Shown here: one piece after another, positions 50,299 to 60,598 of the stretch
How the letters are laid out: the number at the start of each line of letters is the position of its first letter
Position numbering within the stretch: position 1 is the stretch's first letter
Assembly: GCA_030528345.1 (NCBI GenBank)
Contig: JAUMZB010000002.1
Location: 39,456-103,455, forward strand
DNA from: Eikenella sp.
GTDB taxonomy: Bacteria; Pseudomonadota; Gammaproteobacteria; Burkholderiales; Neisseriaceae
Direction: 5' to 3'
Length of the DNA stretch: 64,000 nt
Notes under the pieces: generated by a model
The model's input: only the letters and a program-made list of their open reading frames with translations
The model's database searches: none
Told to the model about the DNA's origin: nothing
Position numbers and translations under genes: made by a program

Positions 50299-52125
50299 TC
50301 AGCCTTCGGGCGGCGGGGCGGCAGATTGGCCGCTTTGTTCCTGCTGCTCCTGCTGTTCGCGGATTTCGGCGTATTCGGCCCGCCGGGCCAACACCGAACC
50401 TTCGGGCGCCTGCGAAGTGTCGCCTTTCTCCCACGGCGCATTGTCGGGCACTTCTTCGATGTGGATGGTGTGCAGAGAGTAGTCGGGCTGGTAATGCAGA
50501 TCGTATTGGGCGGCCTTAATCAGCGAGAGCATCAAGAGCACCATGATCACCAAGAGCGGCGCGCCGGCAAAAATGGAGGCGGTCTGCAGGGTGGGGAGGC
50601 CGCCGAGAAACATCAGCACCGCCGGCAGCAGACAGAGGGCGAAGGCCCAGAACAGGCGGTTCCAGCGGTGCGGCTCGCCGTCCACTTCGCGCTGCACCAC
50701 CGAGGCGAGAATATAGGAAATGCTGTCGAAAGTGGTGGCGGTGAAAATAACGGCCAGCACCACAAATACCGCAATCGCCCATTTGGCCATCGGCAGGGTA
50801 TGCAGCACGGCATAAATGGCGGCGGTGGCGCCCTGTTCGTTCAATACCGCCACCACGTCATGGCTACCTGAAAGCTGCAGCCACAGGCCGTAGTTGCCCA
50901 AAATAATGAAGAACACGGCACAGCCGAGCGAACCGAAAAAGAGGGCGCCGAACACCATCTGCTTGATGGTGCGCCCTTTGGAAATCTTGGCGATAAACAA
51001 ACCCATGGTGGGCGCAAACACCAGCCACCACGCCCAGTAAAACACCGTCCAATCGCGCGGGAAATTGGTTTTGCGGAAACCGTGCCCGTCAAAATCGCCG
51101 AAAGGCTCCAGCCAGGTCATCATGTCCGGCAGGTGGCTGAGCGAGCGGCCCAGCGACTCCAAGCCCACATTCAGAATAAATACGGTCGGCCCGGCCAGCA
51201 GAACAAAACCCAAAAAAGCCAGCGCCAGATAGAAATTGACATTCGACAGCCGTTGGATGCCGCCGCGCATGCCCTGATAAGCGCTGTAGGCAAAAATCAG
51301 CGTGGTCACCAGCAGCACCGCCAGCTGCATCCCAATATTATTGGGCGTGCCGACGAGGGCGGAGAGGCCGTCGGTAATCAGCGGCGAGGCCAAGCCCAGC
51401 GTGGTGGCGCCGCCGCCGATCATGCCGAATACGAAAAAGATGTCCACCAGCTTGCCCCAGTTGCTTTTCGCCCATTTCTCGCCGATTAAGGGCATCAGGC
51501 TCTGGCTCACTTTCAACACCGGCGAGTTGCGCACGTGGGCGAAATAGGCAATCGGAATCGCCGGCACCAGATAAATCGACCACGCCACCGGCCCCCAGTG
51601 GAACAGGCCGTAGGTGGCAGCCCAGCGCACGGCCTGCGGCGATCCGGCCGCCAAGCCAAACGGCGGCGACTGGTAGTAATACATCCACTCCACCATGCCC
51701 CAATACAGAATACTGGCGCCGATGCCGCCGCAAAACATCATCGCCGCCCACGAGCCGGTTTTGAATTCGATGTCGTCGGCCGGCTTGCCCAGCTTGATGT
51801 TGCCGATGTCGGAAAACGCGATGTAGAGCACAAACAGCACCGCCAGCACGCCGAAAGCGAGGTAGGCGACGCCGAAATTGTCGGTCACAAAACCTTTGGC
51901 CGCCGCCACCCAAGCCGCGCCCTGCTCCGGGAACAGCAGCAGCGGCAGGGTGACGCCGAGCAGAATCAGCAACACGCCGGAAAAAGTGAAGGTGTCGATG
52001 CGGGTGTCGGCCTGTGCGGACTGGCCGCGCGGATAGAAATTGCCGTCGGTATTGAAGGTGCCCAAATGGGCGGCTTGCGGGCGCTTGGCACCCTGAATCG
52101 GGGAATCGGAAGGATGATGAGGCAT
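50299..52125 (-). CDS. BCCT-family transporter (betaine/carnitine/choline)
   Basis: 608 aa, 12 TM helices. The BCCT signature tryptophan-rich helix (WTVFYWAWWLVFAPTMGLFIAKIS) is present. Confidence 0.85.
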   Translation of the reverse strand: MPHHPSDSPIQGAKRPQAAHLGTFNTDGNFYPRGQSAQADTRIDTFTFSGVLLILLGVTLPLLLFPEQGAAWVAAAKGFVTDNFGVAYLAFGVLAVLFVLYIAFSDIGNIKLGKPADDIEFKTGSWAAMMFCGGIGASILYWGMVEWMYYYQSPPFGLAAGSPQAVRWAATYGLFHWGPVAWSIYLVPAIPIAYFAHVRNSPVLKVSQSLMPLIGEKWAKSNWGKLVDIFFVFGMIGGGATTLGLASPLITDGLSALVGTPNNIGMQLAVLLVTTLIFAYSAYQGMRGGIQRLSNVNFYLALAFLGFVLLAGPTVFILNVGLESLGRSLSHLPDMMTWLEPFGDFDGHGFRKTNFPRDWTVFYWAWWLVFAPTMGLFIAKISKGRTIKQMVFGALFFGSLGCAVFFIILGNYGLWLQLSGSHDVVAVLNEQGATAAIYAVLHTLPMAKWAIAVFVVLAVIFTATTFDSISYILASVVQREVDGEPHRWNRLFWAFALCLLPAVLMFLGGLPTLQTASIFAGAPLLVIMVLLMLSLIKAAQYDLHYQPDYSLHTIHIEEVPDNAPWEKGDTSQAPEGSVLARRAEYAEIREQQEQQEQSGQSAAPPPEG

Positions 52126-52395
52126 ACCGGTTTGGTGTTTCCTTTCTTGGCGGGAATCGGGCAGACGCCGGGGCGCCTGAGTAAAAAAGAGGCAAATTAT
52201 AGCATAATTTAATTATTTAAAAAATTTGATAAAAATAAGCTATTAAAATAAGCCTCGTCCGCCGTTTAAAATGGCGCGCCCCACCACCCGGCCGCACCTT
52301 GTTCCGGCCATCCCCAACAGGCTAGCTGAAACTTGTGAAACCGGCCCGCCGCCCTTATCTGCCGTTTTGATTTTTATTCCCACGAAAGACACGCC

Positions 52396-54435
52396 ATGAA
52401 TACCCTGCTCCATCTTGCCGACGAACCCCGTTTCGATGCCGTGACCGTGGCCGACATCCGCCCCGCCATGCAAAGCGCCATGACCGAAGCGCGCACCGCC
52501 ATTGCCGACATCAAGGCCCAAAGCGAGGTCACTTGGACCAACACCGTGGAAGCGCTCACCGACATCACCGAGCGCGTGGGCCGCATCTGGGGCGTGGTGG
52601 CCCACCTCAACTCGGTGGTGGACACCCCCGAGCTGCGTGCGGTGTATAACGAATTGATGCCCGAAGTGACCGCGTTCTTCACCGAAATCGGCCAAGACAT
52701 CGAACTGTACGAACGCTTCAAAGCCATCCGCGCCTCCGCCGCCTACGATCGCTTGGATGCCGCCCAACAAACCAAGCTGGCGCACGATTTGCGCGATTTC
52801 GTGCTCAGCGGCGCCGAGCTGCCGCCCGCGCAACAGGCCGAATTCGCCGCCCTGCAAACCGAAGGCGCGCAACTGGGCGCCCGGTTCAGCCAAAACGTGC
52901 TGGATGCCACCGATGCCTTCGCCCTGTATTTCGACGATGCACAAGGCCTGCAAGGGCTACCTGAAGACGCGCTGGCCATGTTTGCCGCCGCCGCCCAAGC
53001 CGAAGGCAAAAGCGGCTACAAAATCGGCCTGCAGATGCCGCATTATCTGGCGGTGATGCAGTATGCCGACGACCGCGACCTGCGCGCCGAGGTGTACCGC
53101 GCCTACGTGACCCGCGCCAGCGAATTCGGCAAGCCCGAATGGGACAACACCGCCAACATCGGCCGCCGATTGCACATCGCCCGCGCCGAGGCCGAACTCT
53201 TGGGCTATGCCGACTACGCCGAATTGTCGCTGGTCACCAAAATGGCCGATTCGCCCGATGAGGTGCTGGCCTTTCTGCGCGATCTGGCGCGCCGCGCCAA
53301 GCCCTTTGCCGAGCGCGACCTGGCCGAAGTGCGCGCCTTCGCCGCCGACGAATTGGCCATCGCCGATTTGCAGCCCTGGGATTTGGCCTATGCCGGCGAA
53401 AAACTGCGCCAGGCCAAATACGCTTTTAGCGAAACCGAAGTGAAAAAATACTTCCCCGCCGACAAAGTGCTGGCCGGCCTGTTTGCGCAAATCCACCGCC
53501 TCTACGGCGTGAACCTGATGGAAAAAACCGTGCCGGTGTGGCACCCCGACGTGCGCTATTTCGAGCTGGAAAAAGGCGGCGCCATCATCGGCGGCGTGTA
53601 TCTCGACCTCTACGCCCGCGAAGGCAAACGCGGCGGCGCGTGGATGAACGACTACCGCGGCCGGCGCCGTTTTGTTTCCGGCAGCCGCAGCGGCCAAATC
53701 CAAACCCCGGTGGCCTATTTGGTGTGCAATTTCACCCCGCCGGTAGGCGGCAAGCCCGCCCGCTTGAGCCACGACGAAATCCTCACCCTGTTCCACGAAA
53801 TGGGCCACGGCCTGCACCATTTGCTCACCCGCGTGGACGAACTCGGCGTCTCCGGCATCAACGGCGTGGAATGGGACGCAGTGGAGCTGCCCAGCCAGTT
53901 TATGGAAAACTTCGTGTGGGAATACGAAGTGCTGGCCGGCATGTCGGCGCACGAAGACGACGGCCGCCCCCTGCCGCGCGAATTGTTCGACAAAATGGTG
54001 GCGGCGAAAAACTTCCAACGCGGCCTGTTTATGGTGCGCCAGATGGAGTTCGCCCTGTTTGATATGCGCATCTACCGCGAAGCCGATGCCGCTCAAAACG
54101 GCCGCTGGGCAGAAATTTTGAACGAAGTGCGCGCCGAAGTGGCGGTGGTGCAGCCGCCCGCCTTCAACCGCTTTGCCAACAGTTTCGGCCACATCTTCGC
54201 CGGCGGCTACGCGGCGGGCTATTACAGCTACGCCTGGGCCGAAGTATTGAGCGCCGACGCCTACGCCGCCTTTGAAGAAAGCGACGACGTGCGCGCCACC
54301 GGCGCCCGCTTCTGGAACGAAATCCTGGCCATGGGCGGCAGCCGCCCTGCCGCCGAATCGTTCAAAGCCTTCCGCGGCCGCGAACCGCGAATCGACGCCC
54401 TCTTGCGCCACAGCGGTTTTGACGAAGCGGCATAA
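52396..54435 (+). CDS. prlC: oligopeptidase A (M3 family)
   Basis: 679 aa. HEMGH zinc motif (LFHEMGHGLHH). Confidence 0.9.
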   Translation: MNTLLHLADEPRFDAVTVADIRPAMQSAMTEARTAIADIKAQSEVTWTNTVEALTDITERVGRIWGVVAHLNSVVDTPELRAVYNELMPEVTAFFTEIGQDIELYERFKAIRASAAYDRLDAAQQTKLAHDLRDFVLSGAELPPAQQAEFAALQTEGAQLGARFSQNVLDATDAFALYFDDAQGLQGLPEDALAMFAAAAQAEGKSGYKIGLQMPHYLAVMQYADDRDLRAEVYRAYVTRASEFGKPEWDNTANIGRRLHIARAEAELLGYADYAELSLVTKMADSPDEVLAFLRDLARRAKPFAERDLAEVRAFAADELAIADLQPWDLAYAGEKLRQAKYAFSETEVKKYFPADKVLAGLFAQIHRLYGVNLMEKTVPVWHPDVRYFELEKGGAIIGGVYLDLYAREGKRGGAWMNDYRGRRRFVSGSRSGQIQTPVAYLVCNFTPPVGGKPARLSHDEILTLFHEMGHGLHHLLTRVDELGVSGINGVEWDAVELPSQFMENFVWEYEVLAGMSAHEDDGRPLPRELFDKMVAAKNFQRGLFMVRQMEFALFDMRIYREADAAQNGRWAEILNEVRAEVAVVQPPAFNRFANSFGHIFAGGYAAGYYSYAWAEVLSADAYAAFEESDDVRATGARFWNEILAMGGSRPAAESFKAFRGREPRIDALLRHSGFDEAA

Positions 54436-54460
54436 GTATTCCCCCGCTGCCGAACAAACC

Positions 54461-54500
54461 GAACAGGCTACCTGAAAGCGTTTCAGGTAGCCTGTTCGGC
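54461..54500. terminator. inverted DUS pair between convergent prlC and mntH
   Basis: gaacaggctacctgaaagcgtttcaggtagcctgttc. Confidence 0.55.
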
Positions 54501-54513
54501 ATCCAACACGGCT

Positions 54514-55770
54514 TTATTTCAGCCAGCCGGTTTGGTTGACCAAAAACAGCAAAGTAAAGGCGCTCAAATAGAGCAGACCCACCCAGGCCAGCACCATCAG
54601 CCAGGGCTGTCGGCCGCGCCGGCTGCGGCGCGCCAGGCTCAGATTCAGCCAGGCAAAAACCGGCGTGCTGACAAACGAAGCAATCATGGCGAATTTCAGC
54701 ATCGGCAGCACCGCGCCTTTGAAAAACAGAATCACGCACAAGCCGGCCAAGGCGGCAAACACAATCCACACGCCCAAAGCACGGTTGCCGCTCAGATGGC
54801 CGGTGCGGGTAATCAGGCGCAGCGATTCCATATTGGTGCGCGAATAGCCGTCGATCACCGTGAGCGTGGTGCCGTACATGCAGGCAAAAGCGATGAAGGT
54901 GACCAGCCAGCGCGACCATTCGCCGATGGTGGCGGCATACATATTGATCAGCTGGCCGATGTAGGCCGCACCCGCCATCTGCACCTCGGTGCCGGAGCCG
55001 TACTGCACCAATGCGCCCAGAGCCAGAAACACCAGCGCCAGCAGGGCGGTGCCGATGTAGCCGACGTTGAAGTCGAACAGGCCGTCTTCGTAGCGCATCG
55101 GGCTGAGGCGGTTTTTGGCCGCCACCCACATTGAATTGATGGCGGAAATTTCAATCGGCGCCGGCATCCAGCCCATCAGCATCACAATAAACGCCAGCGC
55201 ACCCAGATTCCACGGGCTGGGCTCGATAAAATCGGGCTGCGCGGCCGCGCCTCGGGAGGCGGCAATCGCCACCGCCGCCACGGTGGTCACCGTGAGGCTG
55301 ATCATGATGATTTTGGAGAGGCCGTCCACCGTGCGGTAGGGGCCGGCCAGCAGCAACAGCACCGCCGAAGCCAACACCGCCGCCGCCAAAAAGTTTACCG
55401 GCCAACCGCCGGGCAGCACAAAACTCAGAATGGCCGCACACAAAAGGCTTACCGCCGCCGTGTTGATGACGGTGGCAAACAGATTGAGCAGGAAAAACAC
55501 CCACAGATACACACGGCCTTTTTCGGCATAGCCTTCCAGCAGGCTTTTGCCGGTTTCCAGCGTGTATTGCGGGCCGAAACGGAAAAACGGATATTTGAAC
55601 AGATTGGCCAGCACGATAATCAGCGCCAGCTGCCAGCCGTACAGCGCGCCGGCCTGGGTGGAAGCGATGATGTGCGAACCGCCCACCGCCGCCGAAGCCA
55701 TCATGATGCCCGGGCCCATGGCGCGCAGGCGGGTTTGCCAAGTGGAAACCGGAGGAACTGCCGAATGCAT
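54514..55770 (-). CDS. mntH: NRAMP-family divalent metal (Mn2+/Fe2+) transporter
   Basis: About 418 aa from MHSAVPP. NRAMP consensus region (GPGIMMASAAVGGSHI, MGWMPAPIEIS). Confidence 0.8.
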   Translation of the reverse strand: MHSAVPPVSTWQTRLRAMGPGIMMASAAVGGSHIIASTQAGALYGWQLALIIVLANLFKYPFFRFGPQYTLETGKSLLEGYAEKGRVYLWVFFLLNLFATVINTAAVSLLCAAILSFVLPGGWPVNFLAAAVLASAVLLLLAGPYRTVDGLSKIIMISLTVTTVAAVAIAASRGAAAQPDFIEPSPWNLGALAFIVMLMGWMPAPIEISAINSMWVAAKNRLSPMRYEDGLFDFNVGYIGTALLALVFLALGALVQYGSGTEVQMAGAAYIGQLINMYAATIGEWSRWLVTFIAFACMYGTTLTVIDGYSRTNMESLRLITRTGHLSGNRALGVWIVFAALAGLCVILFFKGAVLPMLKFAMIASFVSTPVFAWLNLSLARRSRRGRQPWLMVLAWVGLLYLSAFTLLFLVNQTGWLK

Positions 55771-56103
55771 GATAAACCTGCTTTCTTTCAGGTAGCCTTG
55801 AAGGGCGGGCATCTTAGCGCAAGCGGAGCCCGACTCCAAGTTTGCACGGCGGAACGGTTTGGCAAACTGCGCAATACCGAACAATATCGGCATATCAATC
55901 TGATAATTTTCACAAACCGCCAATAAACATCAAAAAATATGCATAAAAAAGCAATTTAACGCCCGTCGCATCAATCAGGCTACCTGAAAGCCCCCAGCCC
56001 GCCGCCCGACACACAAACGGCACCGGCTGCCGCTTGCGGCACGGGCCGCCATGCCGGATAATCGCGCCGCACCAAAAACAAAGCAAAACAGAAACAAATC
56101 ATT

Positions 56104-58302
56104 ATGCCCGCACCCACTCCCCCCCACCTGCTCGCCGGCCTGAATGCCGAACAGCTGGCCGCCGTCACCTGGCCGCCGCAATCCGTTTTGGTGCTGGCCG
56201 GCGCCGGCAGCGGCAAAACCCGCGTGCTCACCACCCGCATCGCCTGGCTGCTGCAAACCGGCCAGGCCGGCGTGCATTCCATCATGGCGGTGACGTTCAC
56301 CAATAAGGCCGCCAAAGAGATGCAAACCCGCCTCGGCGCCATGCTGCCGGTAAACGTGCGCGCCATGTGGCTGGGCACTTTCCACGGCCTGTGCCACCGC
56401 TTTTTGCGCCTGCATTACCGCGAAGCCGGCCTGCCCGCTTCCTTCCAGATTCTCGACACGTCCGACCAGCTCTCCCTGATTAAACGCCTGCTCAAAAACC
56501 TGAACATCGCCGAAGAAATCATCGCCCCGCGCACCCTGCAGGGCTTCATCAACGCGCAAAAAGACGCCGGCCTGCGCGCAGAGCGGCTGGAGGCGGCCAC
56601 CCCGCACGAAAAACGGCTCATCGAATGCTATGCCGCCTACGACCGCCTCTGCCGGCAGGAAGGCGTGGCCGATTTTGCCGAGCTGATGCTGAAAAGCTAC
56701 GAAATCCTCAGCGAAAACGAGGTGCTGCGCCGCCACTACCAAAGCCGCTTCAACCATATTCTGGTGGACGAATTCCAAGACACCAACAAGCTGCAATACG
56801 CCTGGCTGAAGCTGATGGCCGGCGATCAGGCCGCCGTGTTTGCCGTGGGCGACGACGACCAAAGCATCTACCGCTTCCGCGGCGCCCATGTGGGCAATAT
56901 GCAGGCCTTTATGCAGGCTTTTCAGGTAGCCGAACCGCTCAAGCTGGAGCAAAACTACCGCTCGGCGGGCAATATTCTCGCCGCCGCCAACGCCGTCATT
57001 GAAAACAACGCCGAGCGTTTGGGCAAAGACCTGCGCACCGATGCCGAAAGCGGTGAAAAAATCCGCTTTCTCTCCGCCTTCAGCGATCAAGACGAGGCCC
57101 GCTTCGTGGTGGCGGAAACCCAAGCGCTGGCCAAAGAAGGACTGCCGCTCGACCACATCGCCGTACTCTACCGCAGCAACGCCCAGTCGCGCGTGTTGGA
57201 GCAGGCGTTTTTTCAGGCCGGCATCGCCTACAAAATCTACGGCGGCCTGCGCTTTTACGAACGGCAGGAAATCAAACACGCGCTGGCCTACCTGCGTTTG
57301 GCGGTCAATCCCCACGACGACAATGCCCTGCTGCGCGTGATCAATATGCCCGCCCGCGGCATCGGCAGCCGCACCGTGGAAACCATCCAACACCTCGCCG
57401 CCGCCGAAGGCGGCCCGCTGTGGCAGGCCGCCTGCACCGTGGGTGCCAAAAACGGCAAAGTGGCGGCTTTCGTGCGCCTCATCGACGCCCTGCAACAGCA
57501 GGCCGCCTGCCTCAGCCTGCCCGAAATGATGGCCGCCGCCGTGAAAGACAGCGGCCTGTTCGCCCACTACCAAACCCAAAAAGGCGACCAGCAAGACCGC
57601 CTCGACAACTTGGAAGAGCTGATCCACGCCGCCATCGCCTTCCGCCCGGAAGACAGCCCGTTCGAAACCCTGCCCGCCGATGCGGCCGCACAGCCCACCT
57701 GGCCGATTCTGGCCTTTCTGAGCAATGCCGCGCTCGAATCGGGCGAAAACCAAGCCGCTTCCGGCGAAGCCGCGGTGCAGCTGATGACCGTGCACGCCGC
57801 CAAAGGCTTGGAATTCGACGCCGTCTTCCTCACCGGCATGGAAGAAGGCCGTTTCCCCAGCGAACTGAGCCTGGCCGAACGCGGCGGGCTGGAAGAAGAG
57901 CGGCGGCTGATGTATGTGGCCATCACCCGCGCCCGCCGGCGGCTGTATCTGAGCATGGCGCAGCAGCGCCTGCTGCACGGCCAAACCCATTTCGGCATTC
58001 CTTCGCGCTTTGTGGACGAAATCCCCGCCGAGCTGCTGCATTACCTGTCGGCCGCGCCCGCCCGCCAACACGCGGCCGCGCCGGCCGTTTCCAGCCGTCG
58101 CCAGGAAGCGCCCGCTCCGGCTGCGGCCGAATTCGACGGTTTCCGCATCGGCCAAAACGTGCGCCACGCCAAATTCGGCACCGGCGTCATCATCGACGGC
58201 GTGCAGAAAAGCGGCAGCGCCCGCCTCACCATCAACTTCGGCAAACAGGGCATCAAAGAGCTGGACACCCGGTTTGCCAAATTGGCAGCGCTGTCGGCTT
58301 AA
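56104..58302 (+). CDS. uvrD: DNA helicase II
   Basis: 732 aa. SF1 helicase motifs (AGAGSGKTRVLT, TFTNKAAKEM, VDEFQDTN) and the UvrD C-terminal region. Confidence 0.9.
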   Translation: MPAPTPPHLLAGLNAEQLAAVTWPPQSVLVLAGAGSGKTRVLTTRIAWLLQTGQAGVHSIMAVTFTNKAAKEMQTRLGAMLPVNVRAMWLGTFHGLCHRFLRLHYREAGLPASFQILDTSDQLSLIKRLLKNLNIAEEIIAPRTLQGFINAQKDAGLRAERLEAATPHEKRLIECYAAYDRLCRQEGVADFAELMLKSYEILSENEVLRRHYQSRFNHILVDEFQDTNKLQYAWLKLMAGDQAAVFAVGDDDQSIYRFRGAHVGNMQAFMQAFQVAEPLKLEQNYRSAGNILAAANAVIENNAERLGKDLRTDAESGEKIRFLSAFSDQDEARFVVAETQALAKEGLPLDHIAVLYRSNAQSRVLEQAFFQAGIAYKIYGGLRFYERQEIKHALAYLRLAVNPHDDNALLRVINMPARGIGSRTVETIQHLAAAEGGPLWQAACTVGAKNGKVAAFVRLIDALQQQAACLSLPEMMAAAVKDSGLFAHYQTQKGDQQDRLDNLEELIHAAIAFRPEDSPFETLPADAAAQPTWPILAFLSNAALESGENQAASGEAAVQLMTVHAAKGLEFDAVFLTGMEEGRFPSELSLAERGGLEEERRLMYVAITRARRRLYLSMAQQRLLHGQTHFGIPSRFVDEIPAELLHYLSAAPARQHAAAPAVSSRRQEAPAPAAAEFDGFRIGQNVRHAKFGTGVIIDGVQKSGSARLTINFGKQGIKELDTRFAKLAALSA

Positions 58303-58331
58303 ACAGCTACCCATTCCCCAAAGCAAGATTA

Positions 58332-58363
58332 AAGGCTACCTGAAAGCATTTCAGGCAGCCTTT
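58332..58363. terminator. inverted DUS pair downstream of uvrD
   Basis: aaggctacctgaaagcatttcaggcagcctt. Confidence 0.5.
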
Positions 58364-58410
58364 GCCGTTACGGCATGAAAATGCGGGCATGGCTGCTGAT
58401 GAAGCGGCTT

Positions 58411-59262
58411 TCAGGTAGCCTGAGGCCTTTCATTCGGCAAACGCCCCAAGGTCACGCGGTCCAAGCCGGCCAAATCAGGCAGGGTGGCCACGTCTTGAAA
58501 CCGCTTGTCCGTCAAAATGCCGCGCACGGCCGGGCCCTGGTTCCAGCCGTGCTCCAGCATCAGCCAGCCGCCGGGCTTGAGATGGGCGGCGGCACCGGCG
58601 GCCAGGGTGCGGATGTGGGCGAGGCCGTCGCCGAAATCGGTGAGTGCGGCGGCCGGTTCGAAGCGCAGGTCGCCCTGCTGCAAATGCGGGTCGTCCCGCT
58701 CGATATAGGGCGGGTTGGACAGCAAAATATCGAAGCGGCCAGCAGCGGCCGGCTGCGCCTCAAACCAGGAGCCGCAGGCAAATTCGATACGGGCGCCGAG
58801 CCGCCCGGCATTCTCCTGCGCCACCGCCAGGGCTTCGCGGCTGAGATCGGAGGCGCGCACGGCGGCATCGGGGCGTGCCAGCGCCACGCTCACCGCCAGC
58901 ACGCCGCTGCCGGTGCCCAAATCCCACACACGGCCGCCGGCAGGCAGGCGCTCAAGCACGGCTTCCAGCAGGTGTTCGGTTTCGGGGCGCGGAATCAGCA
59001 CCGCCGGCGACACGCGGAAACGGCGGCCGTAGAATTCGCGCCAACCGAGCAGATAGGCCAGCGGTTCGCCGTTTTGCCGCCGCTGCGCCAGCGCGTTCAA
59101 AGCGGCCAACTGCGCCGCCGGCACCGCTTCGCCGCCGCGACTGATGAGCCGGGTATGGCTGAGGCCGCAGCAGGCCTGCAGCAAGAGGCGGCCTTCCAAG
59201 CGCGGCAGGCCGCTTTGGCGCAGCCATTGTTCGTAAGAGAGGGGGGAAGTTTGGCACATCAT
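58411..59262 (-). CDS. prmC: release factor glutamine N5-methyltransferase
   Basis: NPPY motif (LLSNPPYIE), SAM-binding DLGTGSG, HemK/PrmC family. Start set at MMCQTSPL. Confidence 0.85.
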   Translation of the reverse strand: MMCQTSPLSYEQWLRQSGLPRLEGRLLLQACCGLSHTRLISRGGEAVPAAQLAALNALAQRRQNGEPLAYLLGWREFYGRRFRVSPAVLIPRPETEHLLEAVLERLPAGGRVWDLGTGSGVLAVSVALARPDAAVRASDLSREALAVAQENAGRLGARIEFACGSWFEAQPAAAGRFDILLSNPPYIERDDPHLQQGDLRFEPAAALTDFGDGLAHIRTLAAGAAAHLKPGGWLMLEHGWNQGPAVRGILTDKRFQDVATLPDLAGLDRVTLGRLPNERPQAT

Positions 59263-59348
59263 GTTTCGGTGGGTTTCAGGCAGCCGGCCGCAGCCGCACG
59301 AAAGCGTTATGCTATAATCGCAGCCCATTTGATAGATTAGGTAAATGA

Positions 59349-60494
59349 ATGACCGATAAAATCATCCACTTTTTCCGTTCCGAGCCGGCCGCCGGCATTG
59401 TGTTGATGCTGGCCGCACTGGCCGGCATTATAACGGCCAACTCCGCCTATGCGCCGCAATATTTCGGCACGCTGTCGGCCTATGTGGCCGGACTGAGCGT
59501 GTCGCACTGGATCAACGACGGCCTGATGGCGGTGTTTTTCCTGTTTGTCGGCTTAGAGGTCAAACGCGAATTGCTCGAGGGCGAGCTCGACAACCATGCC
59601 AAACGCTTTCTGCCGGCCGTAGCGGCGGCCGGCGGCCTGCTGGTGCCGGCTTTGATATACCTGCTGTTTAATGCTTCGGGCGAAGCGGCCGAAGGCTGGG
59701 CGGCGCCGGCGGCCACCGATATTGCGTTTGCTTTGGGCGTGCTGGCGATTCTCGGCAGCCGCGTGCCGGCTTCGCTGAAAATCTTCCTCACGGCTTTGGC
59801 GATTATGGACGACCTGGCGGTGATTGTGATCATCGCCCTGTTTTACACCGATCAAATCGCCCTGCTGTATTTGGGTCTGGCGGCGCTGGTGCTGGCGGCG
59901 CTGTTTGCGCTCAACCGCAAAGGCGTGTTGCGCAGCGCACCGTATTTGGTATTGGGCGGCCTGCTGTGGTTTTTCTTCCTCAAATCGGGCATCCACGCCA
60001 CGTTGGCCGGCGTGCTGCTGGCCTTCACCATTCCGCTGCGCGTGCTGGATACGGTGGAGGAGGCGCCGCTGCTGAAATGGGAGCACGCTTTGGACAACTG
60101 GGTGTCGTTTCTGGTGGTGCCCGTATTCGGCTTTGCCAATGCGGGGGTGTCGTTCGCCGGCTTCGAGTGGTCGGTGCTGCTCTCGCCCGTGGTCTTGGGC
60201 ATTGCCGCCGGATTGTTTGCGGGCAAGCAGTTGGGCGTGTTCGGCGCGGTGTGGCTGGCGGTGAAGCTGGGTTGGGCCAAACTGCCGGAAGGCGCTTCCT
60301 GGCTGCAGCTTTACGGTGTGGCGCTGTTGTGCGGCATCGGCTTTACCATGAGTTTGTTCATCAGCCTGCTGGCATTTGACACGCCCCTCATGCAGGATCA
60401 AGCCAAAATCGGCGTTTTCGTCGGTTCCGGCTTGGCCGCGGTATTGGGTTTCGCCGTGCTCTTGGCGGCCGGCCGCAAAACCGCTGCAAGCTGA
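59349..60494 (+). CDS. nhaA: Na+/H+ antiporter NhaA
   Basis: 381 aa with the NhaA fold signature (ATDIAFALGVLA, FLTALAIMDDLAVIVIIALFYT). Confidence 0.9.
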   Translation: MTDKIIHFFRSEPAAGIVLMLAALAGIITANSAYAPQYFGTLSAYVAGLSVSHWINDGLMAVFFLFVGLEVKRELLEGELDNHAKRFLPAVAAAGGLLVPALIYLLFNASGEAAEGWAAPAATDIAFALGVLAILGSRVPASLKIFLTALAIMDDLAVIVIIALFYTDQIALLYLGLAALVLAALFALNRKGVLRSAPYLVLGGLLWFFFLKSGIHATLAGVLLAFTIPLRVLDTVEEAPLLKWEHALDNWVSFLVVPVFGFANAGVSFAGFEWSVLLSPVVLGIAAGLFAGKQLGVFGAVWLAVKLGWAKLPEGASWLQLYGVALLCGIGFTMSLFISLLAFDTPLMQDQAKIGVFVGSGLAAVLGFAVLLAAGRKTAAS

Positions 60495-60513
60495 TTGCGG
60501 CAGAATCGGATAC

Positions 60514-60542
60514 AGGCTACCTGAAAGCGTTTCAGGTAGCCT
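60514..60542. terminator. inverted DUS pair downstream of nhaA
   Basis: caggctacctgaaagcgtttcaggtagcct. Confidence 0.55.
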
Positions 60543-60598
60543 TTCTGCTAAAATGCGGGCCGCAACAACACATCCAACACACACACAAGGAAATCCCC

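Noticed and set aside
55771-56103. Possible Mn2+ (yybP-ykoY) riboswitch in the mntH 5' region
   Set aside because: No recognisable conserved yybP-ykoY core elements were found in either orientation. The region is mostly a DUS-containing spacer.
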